Below, piece by piece: positions 26,382 through 34,334 of a DNA stretch of 43,537 nucleotides. Source of the stretch: a bacterium (GTDB lineage: Bacteria > Patescibacteriota > Minisyncoccia > UBA6257 > GWB1-50-10). The position numbers and the translations under genes are program-made. The notes beneath the pieces were generated by a model. It saw only the letters and a list, made by a program, of their open reading frames with translations. It searched no databases and was not told the DNA's origin. Location: the NCBI GenBank assembly GCA_021815205.1, contig JAKAHD010000002.1, positions 1-43,537 of the forward strand, given 5' to 3'. Position 1 is the first letter of the stretch; the number at the start of each line of letters is the position of its first letter.

Positions 26382-27809
26382 ATGAGAACGTACACAAAAG
26401 ATATTACCACAGAGGAGGGGAAGAGCGTGGAACTCTTGGGGTGGGTGGATACCCGCCGCGATCACGGGAAACTTATTTTCATAGACCTCCGCGACATGAG
26501 CGGCAAGGCACAGGTGGTATTTTTACCCTCGGACAAAGAACTCCACGCGCTCGCGGAAAAACTGCGTCCCGAATGGGTGGTGAAGGCGACGGGTACCGTC
26601 GCGAAACGCCCGAAGGGAATGGAGAATGAGAAACTTCCGAACGGATTTCACGAGGTAACGGCGACGGCGCTCGAGATTATCACGGAAGCAAAGACGCCTC
26701 CCTTCGATCTCGGAAGCGACGGGAGAGAAATCGGGGAAGAGGTACGGATGAAGTACCGCTATCTTGACCTGCGCCGTCCGCGCATGCGGAAGAATCTTCG
26801 CAATCGTGCGAAGGTAAACGCGTTCATCCGCGAGTTTCTCGCCTCAAAAGATTTTACCGAAGTCGAGACGCCCTACATCAGCAAGTCAACGCCCGAAGGT
26901 GCGCGCGATTATCTTGTGCCTTCGCGCGTCTATCCCGGCAACTTTTACGCGCTTCCGCAGTCACCTCAACAGTACAAACAGCTCCTTATGGTTGCGGGCC
27001 TTGAGAGGTATTTCCAGATCGTGCGATGTTTCAGGGACGAGGATACGCGCGGTGATCGCCAGCCGGAGTTCACCCAGCTCGATCTTGAGATGAGTTTCAC
27101 CAATCAGGAAGAAGTGCTTGAGCTCACCGAGGCGCTTATGGTGGAGATGGTGAAAGGACTCTATCCCAAGAAGACAATCTCACGGGTGCCGTTTCCGCGC
27201 ATGACGTATAAGGAAGTGATGGAGAAGTACAACTCTGATAAGCCCGATATGAGAAAAAATAAGAACGACCCGAACGAGCTCGCGTTCCTTTTTATTATTG
27301 ATTTTCCCGCGTTCGAGTGGAAAGAGAATGAAAAACGGTGGGATGCGGTGCATCATCCGTTCACGAGACCAAGGGTGAACAACGTGGAAGATTTCAAGGA
27401 ACAATTCAAAAAAGATCCGGCGGCGATCCTTGCGGATCAATACGATCTCGTGCTCAATGGATACGAGATCGGCGGCGGATCCATCCGTATTCACGATCCG
27501 GCGCTCCTCGAGGAGGTATTCGAGGCGATGGGGAACACGCGCGAGGAGGTACGCTCGAAGTTCGGGCACATGCTCGAGGCGTTCGAGTACGGTGTACCGC
27601 CGCACGGAGGCATTGCCTCGGGGCTCGATCGCTTGGTCGCGATCTTGGAAGACGAACCCAACATCCGCGAAGTAATCGCGTTCCCCAAGACGGGAGACGG
27701 ACGGGACCTGATGATGCAAGCCCCCTCTGAAGTGAGTCAAGAACAACTTAAAGAACTCCACTTGAAAATAGAGAAGAATAATGGTACAAAGGAGAAAACA
27801 AATGGCTAA
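26382..27809 (+). CDS. aspS: Aspartate--tRNA ligase, short form lacking the GAD insertion; probably non-discriminating
   Basis: RRDHG, FIDLRD, RYLDLRR, STPEGARDY, LPQSPQ, CFRDED, QPEFTQLD and PPHGG...GLDR; only about 475 aa. Confidence 0.97.
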   Translation: MRTYTKDITTEEGKSVELLGWVDTRRDHGKLIFIDLRDMSGKAQVVFLPSDKELHALAEKLRPEWVVKATGTVAKRPKGMENEKLPNGFHEVTATALEIITEAKTPPFDLGSDGREIGEEVRMKYRYLDLRRPRMRKNLRNRAKVNAFIREFLASKDFTEVETPYISKSTPEGARDYLVPSRVYPGNFYALPQSPQQYKQLLMVAGLERYFQIVRCFRDEDTRGDRQPEFTQLDLEMSFTNQEEVLELTEALMVEMVKGLYPKKTISRVPFPRMTYKEVMEKYNSDKPDMRKNKNDPNELAFLFIIDFPAFEWKENEKRWDAVHHPFTRPRVNNVEDFKEQFKKDPAAILADQYDLVLNGYEIGGGSIRIHDPALLEEVFEAMGNTREEVRSKFGHMLEAFEYGVPPHGGIASGLDRLVAILEDEPNIREVIAFPKTGDGRDLMMQAPSEVSQEQLKELHLKIEKNNGTKEKTNG

Positions 27810-28878
27810 AGAATTTTCCTTTCCGGTGTTTAAAACGAAAATAGAAGGGCTCTCACAGCCCTTCGCGCTTGAAGATCCGGTTGAGCGCAGAAAATATTTC
27901 GAACTCAAAGCGGGAAAAGAGATAGAGAAGATACGGGAATATCTCGAGCGGGGAAATTTTCTCGCAATCCTTCTGGGGCCGAAGAATTCGGGGAAGGGGA
28001 CGTATTCGAAACTTTTCGCGGAGGCGATCGGCGGTGACAGAATTCGGCACATCTCGGTCGGTGATATCGTGCGCGACGTGCATGCAGGTTTCAAGGACAA
28101 GAAGGAGGAAGAAAAGCTCGCGGCGTTTTTGAGAACAAGGTATCGCGGGGCGCTTCCGCTCAATCAGGCGATTGACGCGCTCTTGGGAAGAAGCACCTCG
28201 AGTCTTCTGCCGACGGAGCTTATCCTCGCGCTTATTGAGTACGAGATTTCGAAGGATGAGAAGAAGGCGATTTTTGTGGATGGGTTCCCGAGAAGTATGG
28301 ATCAAATTTCTTACTCTATTTATTTCAGGGAACTTATGGGGTATCAAGATAATCCCGACTTCTTCGTGTTCATTGATGTACCCGAGACGATTATCGGCGA
28401 AAGGATGAAATACAGAGTAGTGTGTCCGAGGTGTCACGCGCCGAGAAATCTCAAACTGCTCCGCACGAAAGAGATCGGCTACGACAAGGAGAAAGACGAG
28501 TTTTATCTCATGTGCGATGATCCGCAGTGTGGACACGCGAGAATGAGCGTGAAGGAAGGGGACGATCTTGGAATTGAAGCTATTCGCGAAAGGATAGAAG
28601 CCGACAAGGCGGTGATGCAGACGCTCCTCAAGATGGAGGGGGTTCCGAAAGTGTATTTGAGAAACGCAATACCGGTCGCGGAAGCGGCGCAGGCAGTTGA
28701 TGCGTACGAACTCACGCCGTCCTATGAGTACACCTACGATGCGCGAGAGGGGAAGGTGCGCGTGAAAGAAATCCCTTGGGTGGTACCGGACGAAGACGGT
28801 GTGCCGTCTTACAGCTTATTACCGGCAACGGTAGTAACAGGGCTCATCAAGCAGGTGCCGGGAGCGCTCGGGATATAG
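27802..28878 (+). CDS. Adenylate-kinase-like nucleoside monophosphate kinase (extended)
   Basis: GPKNSGKGT P-loop, HISVGDIVR, VDGFPRS and Cys-containing lid (CPRC...CDDPQC); RBS aaggag. Confidence 0.8.
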   Translation: MAKEFSFPVFKTKIEGLSQPFALEDPVERRKYFELKAGKEIEKIREYLERGNFLAILLGPKNSGKGTYSKLFAEAIGGDRIRHISVGDIVRDVHAGFKDKKEEEKLAAFLRTRYRGALPLNQAIDALLGRSTSSLLPTELILALIEYEISKDEKKAIFVDGFPRSMDQISYSIYFRELMGYQDNPDFFVFIDVPETIIGERMKYRVVCPRCHAPRNLKLLRTKEIGYDKEKDEFYLMCDDPQCGHARMSVKEGDDLGIEAIRERIEADKAVMQTLLKMEGVPKVYLRNAIPVAEAAQAVDAYELTPSYEYTYDAREGKVRVKEIPWVVPDEDGVPSYSLLPATVVTGLIKQVPGALGI

Positions 28879-29014
28879 TGAGTGACACCATAGTGATTCT
28901 GTGGTGATATTGTAGTGATACGATTGTAGTACTGCGGTTTTGCTGTGATATTGCCGTCGTATTTCCCGCATTCTGTCAACTGTTGCTTTTTTCTTCACGA
29001 GGTATAATGAAAAT

Positions 29015-29155
29015 ATCCCGTCATTTAGATTCCGGATCAAATAATCCTATTTAGTGGTTCCGCGTAATTCGGTTCGATAGAGGATTCATTTCTTCTTAAG
29101 GATCGATTCAGGAGCCAGGGCTTGAAGAGAGCCGGGATTTATCTAAAGGCGGGAT
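29015..29155 (+). ncRNA. Candidate 6S-like long-hairpin RNA
   Basis: TATAAT at 29003-08; nested pairings atcccgtc/ggcgggat, tttagat/atctaaa, tccgg/ccggg, tggttcc/ggagcca and tcgat/atcga around a central bubble; T-rich 3' end. Confidence 0.35.
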
Positions 29156-29194
29156 TTTATTTTCCCTACTCATCGGAATCATACATCGTCCGCT

Positions 29195-29236
29195 CCTTCC
29201 ACGGGTGCTATGCTATAGCATAGCACCCGTGGAAGG
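29195..29236. repeat. 24-bp-core palindrome family, extended to a 42-bp perfect palindrome
   Basis: ccttccacgggtgctatgctatagcatagcacccgtggaagg. Confidence 0.92.
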
Positions 29237-29326
29237 CATCGATTCAAAAAGAGAAAAAGGGAGTATACTATAATTATAGGAGAAGAAATTATGAGCGCGG
29301 AACAAACCGTACGCGAACACTAGCAT

Positions 29327-29767
29327 ATGGGAAAAGACATCAAGAGGAAAAAAGTACGCATACCTTCCGTTTCCATGTATCCATCGCGGAAGGAGTGGGA
29401 GATTGCGGTATGGAGAATGATGATGCGCTCCCCGGATCTGCTTGGTGTGGTGATTACTCCCGGCGAACGCCACGATCTTGTGATACGTACCGCGGTGAGA
29501 GAAGGCATTCGTTCCGGAAAAAGCTATCGTGAGATCGGAAACGAATTATGGTGTTCTCCGCAAACCATAAGCGGCATCAAAAAAGCGCTTCGCGAGGAGC
29601 GCTATCGAAGCTACTGGGAGCGAGGCAAAACAGAACGGAAGAAAAAAACATACTCCCGATCTTCTCACGATACGGCATGGCGCGAGCCGCGAAGAAGGAC
29701 AAGGCGAGTTACCGGCACGGTATCGCTGGGCGGCATCACAAGAACCCGCTACCCTGAATCGAGGTAA
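29327..29767 (+). CDS. TrpR/YerC-like helix-turn-helix protein
   Basis: ITPGERHDLVIRTAV...GKSYREIGNELWCSPQTISGIKK matches the Trp-repressor-type HTH pattern; basic tail. Confidence 0.7.
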   Translation: MGKDIKRKKVRIPSVSMYPSRKEWEIAVWRMMMRSPDLLGVVITPGERHDLVIRTAVREGIRSGKSYREIGNELWCSPQTISGIKKALREERYRSYWERGKTERKKKTYSRSSHDTAWREPRRRTRRVTGTVSLGGITRTRYPESR

Positions 29768-29774
29768 GCACCAT

Positions 29775-29800
29775 GGGTGTTATGACGCGTCATAACACCC
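29775..29800. repeat. 24-bp-core palindrome family, variant GGTGTTATG-ACGCGT-CATAACACC
   Basis: 26-bp perfect palindrome 7 nt after the stop of the HTH gene. Confidence 0.92.
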
Positions 29801-29895
29801 CCCAAGAGGCATGGACTTTTTGAAAAATACATGGAAAAAAACAGAAGAATGGAATGAAGGATGATGACATGCACGGAGCGCAAGAAGTCGTCTAA

Positions 29896-29923
29896 CAGGT
29901 GCTATGCTATAGCATAGCACCTG
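29896..29923. repeat. 24-bp-core palindrome family (CTATAG centre)
   Basis: caggtgctatgctatagcatagcacctg. Confidence 0.92.
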
Positions 29924-29942
29924 AGGAAGTGAAAGATAACGT

Positions 29943-31247
29943 ATGGGGAAGATTCAAAATTTTGATGCACTTGCAACTTCTCCCGAGCGGAAGGCGGCCT
30001 TGGAAATCACCGAGGCGGCGCTTGCGGCAATTGATACGAAAGCGGTGATACGGAAGTGGGTATCGAATACGAATGGCAATCTCACGATAGGAGAGCATCT
30101 TATAAAAAAAGAGGAGTATGACCGTCTTTTCGTAGTGGGCGTCGGAAAGTGCGCACTTGAGGCGGGTATTGCGCTCGAGGAGATTCTCGGCGAACAATTG
30201 AGTAGCGGGATGTTGCTTACCCCGATTCATCCGTCGGCTTTATCAAATTTTCCTCCGGAAGATAAATTAAAAATTTTCGTGGGCTCGCATCCGTTCCCGA
30301 CGGAAGCGAACGTAAACGCGACAAGCGAGATCATCAACCTCCTCGCGACATGCACCCCGAAGGACATGGTACTTTTCGTTATCTCGGGCGGCGGTTCGAC
30401 GCTCTTGTGCCAGCCGAGGAATCTCGTGTGCGCGCAGGAAAAGGAGATCCTGAACATCCTTTTCGATAAAGGAGCAACAATCGAAGAGGATAATATTATC
30501 CGGAAACATCTCTCGCTTGCGCGAGGAGGACATCTTGCCGCGTACGCGTATCCCGCCCGCATCATCTCGCTTATTTTTTCCGATGTGCCGGGAGATGATG
30601 TGCAGTTTATCGCCTCGGGCCCCACAGTGATGGACACGACGACTGTTGCTGAAGCCGAAACAATCGTGAAGAAGTACCAACTCGAAAAGCACCTCGGGTT
30701 CAAGATCGAGCTCCTCGAGAATCCGAAGGACAAGAAGTATTTCGAGGGGGTTACGAATATTATCGTAGTGTCGAATCGGGTCGCGACAGACGCGATGGAA
30801 AAGAAAGCCGAAGAGCTCGGATGCAAGGCGACGACGGTAACACGCACACTCCAAGGCGAAGCGCGGAAGGTGGGGAAAAATATTGCGAAGAAAATTCACG
30901 GAATGCCGCCGGGGTCGGTATTGCTCTACGGCGGAGAGACGACCGTGACAGTCAAAGGGAGCGGCATTGGAGGGAGGAATCAAGAGGTGGCGCTCGGCGC
31001 GATGGGGAAGATTCGGGAGGGTGAACTCATACTCTCGTTCGCCTCGGATGGACGCGACAACAGTGACTGCGCGGGAGCGCTTTGTGATATAATGACGGGA
31101 GAAAAAGCCAAGAAATTAAGCCTTGATCCAAGGAGTTTTTTGAAACGGAATGATTCATTTCACTTTTTCGAAGCGGTCGGCGATTCGCTCAAAACGGGAG
31201 ACACGGGGTCGAATGTGTCGGATTTGATTATCGCGATGAAATTATAG
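29943..31247 (+). CDS. Glycerate 2-kinase, MOFRL family
   Basis: GVGKCA, HPFP, ISGGGS, SDVPGD...IASGPT, GGETTV, GGRNQE, SDGRD and TGSNVSD motifs. Confidence 0.92.
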   Translation: MGKIQNFDALATSPERKAALEITEAALAAIDTKAVIRKWVSNTNGNLTIGEHLIKKEEYDRLFVVGVGKCALEAGIALEEILGEQLSSGMLLTPIHPSALSNFPPEDKLKIFVGSHPFPTEANVNATSEIINLLATCTPKDMVLFVISGGGSTLLCQPRNLVCAQEKEILNILFDKGATIEEDNIIRKHLSLARGGHLAAYAYPARIISLIFSDVPGDDVQFIASGPTVMDTTTVAEAETIVKKYQLEKHLGFKIELLENPKDKKYFEGVTNIIVVSNRVATDAMEKKAEELGCKATTVTRTLQGEARKVGKNIAKKIHGMPPGSVLLYGGETTVTVKGSGIGGRNQEVALGAMGKIREGELILSFASDGRDNSDCAGALCDIMTGEKAKKLSLDPRSFLKRNDSFHFFEAVGDSLKTGDTGSNVSDLIIAMKL

Positions 31248-31337
31248 AAATTAAGTAGTAGTTAGGTAGAAATTTTTCGTACGGACAACTTCATTACCAT
31301 AAATTACCCACCTAGTTACTACGCAATTACTTTACTC

Positions 31338-33929
31338 ATGCAACGCAATAAAAAACTTATTCTCAAATTCGAGGAGATCACCATAAAGGACGTGCCGCTC
31401 GTGGGAGGAAAGAACGCTTCCCTTGGGGAAATGATCCGCTATCTTGCGCCGCAGGGGGTGAGGATTCCAAGCGGATTCGTAGTGACCGCCGCAGCATACC
31501 GCTCCTTCTTAAAAAAATCCCGAATTCCGAATCCCGAATTCCAAATAAATCCAAAATCCAAGAAAATAAAGAAGAAGATAACGCTGGAGAGTTTTATTAA
31601 AACCACTCTTAAGGGACTTGATACGAAAGATCTGAAGAATCTTGCGGAACGGGGGAGATTGGTGCGGGAAACGATAAAAAAGACGGAGCTTCCTAGCGAT
31701 CTGAAACGCGCAATCGCGAACGGGTATGCCAACCTCGAAAAGCGGTACGGCAAAAATGCCGATGTCGCGGTGCGTTCTTCGGCAACCGCGGAAGACTTGC
31801 CCGGCGCAAGTTTTGCGGGAGAGCACGACACCTATCTGAATATGCGGGGCGTTGATGAAGTAATCGAAGCGGTGCGCGCCGCGATGGCTTCGCTTTTCAC
31901 CGATCGCGCGATTTCATACCGCGTCGATAAGAAGTTTGATCATTTGAAAGTCGCGCTTTCCGTGGGAGTGCAGAAAATGGTGCGGTCCGACAAAGGCGCC
32001 TCGGGTGTGATGTTTACCGTGGACACCGAATCCGGGTTCCGTGATCTCGTGATCATAAACGGTTCGTGGGGACTTGGGGAGATGATCGTGCAGGGAGAAG
32101 TAACCCCCGACGAGTTCCTTGTTTTCAAAAAGAATTTAGAGATCAGCATACATCAGCCTCATCAGCATACATCAGTGTTGCATCCAATAATCAGCAAAAA
32201 GCTCGGAGTAAAAAACAGAAAGATGATTTACTCCGAGGGACGCGGCATTAAAACAACGAAGATCATAACTACAAACGAGAGGGAGAAAGATACTTTCGTG
32301 CTTTCGGAAAAAGAAGCGTTGCATCTTGCGGAGTGGGGGGCGCTCATAGAGAAACATTACTCAGAAAAGAATAAGAAATGGACCCCGATGGATATCGAAT
32401 GGGCGAAAGATGGGAAGAACGGCGAGCTGTATATCGTTCAGGCTCGCCCCGAAACCGTGCAGGCGGGAAAGGATTTTTCGAAAATCAAGGAATATAACCG
32501 GAAAGAGAACGGGAAGATTCTCGTACGGGGTGCGTCCGTGGGATCGAATATTGCGAGCGGGAAAGCCCGTGTAATACTCGATGCAAAACGCATTAAGGAG
32601 TTCAAGACGGGAGAGGTGCTCGTGACGACGATGACCGACCCCGACTGGGAGCCGATTATGAAGATCGCCTCGGCGATCGTGACGGACAAGGGCGGCCGCA
32701 CCTCCCACGCCGCAATCGTTTCGCGCGAGTTGGGGATTCCTTGTGTAGTGGGCACGGAGAACGCGACAAGGATCATACGGACGGGGCAGGAGGTTACCGT
32801 AGATACGACGGGAAGCGAGGGGTTCGTGTTTGCGGGCACGTTGAAGTTCGAGGTAGTTGAACATGATATAAAAAAGATTCCGAAACCGAAGGTGCATATC
32901 ATGGTGAATATTGCGACTCCCGATTCCGCGTTCGAAAAGTCATTCCTGCCGACAAACGGCGTGGGACTCGCGCGCGAAGAATTCATCATCGCGGGCGATA
33001 TCGGCATTCATCCGAATCTGCTCCTTAATTTTGAAAAAATCAAGAAGAAATTCAAAATTCTCCCCCTGCGGGGGATCTCCCAAAGAGACACAAATTCTAA
33101 ATTACAAACAAATTCCAAATTCAAAATTTCAAAAGACGAAGTAAAACGTTTGGTAAAAAAAGTGGAAGAAAAAATGGGAGGGTGGAAAAGCCCGACGCAA
33201 TTCTATGTCGATAAGTTGGCATACGGGATCGCGAAAATCGGCGCGGCATTCTATCCGAAGCCGGTTATCGTGCGATTTTCCGACTTCAAAACGAACGAAT
33301 ATCGTACGCTTTTGGGCGGCGATCTCTACGAACCCAAGGAGGAGAACCCGATGATCGGATGGCGCGGCGCATCGCGATATTACAACCCGAATTTCGCCGA
33401 TGCCTTCGCGCTCGAGGTAAAGGCAATGAAAAAAGTGCGAAACGAGATGGGGCTCACGAATATCATTCCGATGATCCCGTTCGTGAGGACCCCCGAGGAG
33501 GGGAAGAGGGTGGTGGGTATTATGAAAAAGAACGGGCTCTCGAGGAAAAAGGATGCGACCCTCAAGATATACATGATGTGCGAAATTCCATCGGATGTGC
33601 TCCGCGCGGACGAGTTTCTCGACATCTTCGACGGCATGTCGATCGGCTCGAACGATTTGACCCAGCTTACGGTGGGGATCGACCGCGACGGGAATGAGTC
33701 CGTGCGCGGCATCACGAACGAGAACGACGAGTCGGTGAAGAAATTTATTTCCGAAGTTATTCAGACGTGTAAGAGAAGGAAAAAATACATCGGCATCTGC
33801 GGCCAGGCGCCGTCGGATTACCCCGAGTTTGCCGAATTCCTCTTAAAAGAAGGAATCGACAGCATTTCCCTGAATCCCGATACGGTTATCAAGACCACAA
33901 TTGCGCTTGCGAAAAAACACGGTAAATAG
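31338..33929 (+). CDS. ppsA: Phosphoenolpyruvate synthase (pyruvate, water dikinase) with in-frame insertions
   Basis: VGGKNASLGEM, VRSSATAEDL, DIEWA, GGRTSHAAIVSRE, EENPMIGWRG, SIGSNDLTQ and ICGQAPSDYP. Confidence 0.97.
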   Translation: MQRNKKLILKFEEITIKDVPLVGGKNASLGEMIRYLAPQGVRIPSGFVVTAAAYRSFLKKSRIPNPEFQINPKSKKIKKKITLESFIKTTLKGLDTKDLKNLAERGRLVRETIKKTELPSDLKRAIANGYANLEKRYGKNADVAVRSSATAEDLPGASFAGEHDTYLNMRGVDEVIEAVRAAMASLFTDRAISYRVDKKFDHLKVALSVGVQKMVRSDKGASGVMFTVDTESGFRDLVIINGSWGLGEMIVQGEVTPDEFLVFKKNLEISIHQPHQHTSVLHPIISKKLGVKNRKMIYSEGRGIKTTKIITTNEREKDTFVLSEKEALHLAEWGALIEKHYSEKNKKWTPMDIEWAKDGKNGELYIVQARPETVQAGKDFSKIKEYNRKENGKILVRGASVGSNIASGKARVILDAKRIKEFKTGEVLVTTMTDPDWEPIMKIASAIVTDKGGRTSHAAIVSRELGIPCVVGTENATRIIRTGQEVTVDTTGSEGFVFAGTLKFEVVEHDIKKIPKPKVHIMVNIATPDSAFEKSFLPTNGVGLAREEFIIAGDIGIHPNLLLNFEKIKKKFKILPLRGISQRDTNSKLQTNSKFKISKDEVKRLVKKVEEKMGGWKSPTQFYVDKLAYGIAKIGAAFYPKPVIVRFSDFKTNEYRTLLGGDLYEPKEENPMIGWRGASRYYNPNFADAFALEVKAMKKVRNEMGLTNIIPMIPFVRTPEEGKRVVGIMKKNGLSRKKDATLKIYMMCEIPSDVLRADEFLDIFDGMSIGSNDLTQLTVGIDRDGNESVRGITNENDESVKKFISEVIQTCKRRKKYIGICGQAPSDYPEFAEFLLKEGIDSISLNPDTVIKTTIALAKKHGK

Positions 33930-34083
33930 GAATTGGGAATTGAGTAATTAGTAATTTGAAATCTGGATACATAAATCAAAATCTCCAAGTAGAAACATTC
34001 TTTTACCCAAGGAGGAACCAAGCGGAGCGGTAATCACCGTGGTGTATCGTCAGAAAAAGTCATTTTAGCTGTAGGGAATGTAA

Positions 34084-34107
34084 GGTGTTATGACGCGTCA
34101 TAACACC
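34084..34107. repeat. 24-bp-core palindrome family (ACGCGT centre)
   Basis: ggtgttatgacgcgtcataacacc, identical to the core at 29776-29799. Confidence 0.92.
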
Positions 34108-34246
34108 CGTGTCTTTTTTAGGACCTCAGTTTCGTGCGTATGCACGGAACTGAGGCCAGCGCCCGCATGTTCAATAGTTCCGAGATTGTTATATAATAAC
34201 GGTATGTCTGCCTATGGCAGATCTCCCGTAGGGAGACAACCCATTC

Positions 34247-34300
34247 ATGAACCCCGAAGTAAAAATCTGCAAAGATTGCCATCAATTCGGGGTTATATGA
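34247..34300 (+). pseudogene. Truncated 5' remnant of a third Cys-rich paralog (MNPEVKICKDCHQ...)
   Basis: The first 13 codons align with MDTEKRICQNCKQ and MNQEKRTCQNCKQ; the frame stops immediately before a palindrome. Confidence 0.6.
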
Positions 34301-34301
34301 C

Positions 34302-34327
34302 GGGTGCTATGCTATAGCATAGCACCC
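34302..34327. repeat. 24-bp-core palindrome family (CTATAG centre)
   Basis: gggtgctatgctatagcatagcaccc, 7 nt before ATG 34335. Confidence 0.92.
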
Positions 34328-34334
34328 CACTTCC

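Noticed and set aside
27180-28163. Long antisense or alternate-frame ORFs (e.g. 27180-28163, 36233-37150, 24178-24996, 39344-40189)
   Set aside because: They overlap well-supported genes on the opposite strand and show no recognisable motifs.
22359-33133. Inteins or self-splicing introns as the explanation for the in-frame inserts
   Set aside because: The inserts are only about 18-90 bp and lack intein terminal residues and group I/II core elements.
29195-34327. CRISPR array made of the palindromic repeats, with the Cas4-like gene
   Set aside because: Spacing is irregular (about 120 bp to kilobases), whole genes lie between copies, and cas1/cas2 are absent.
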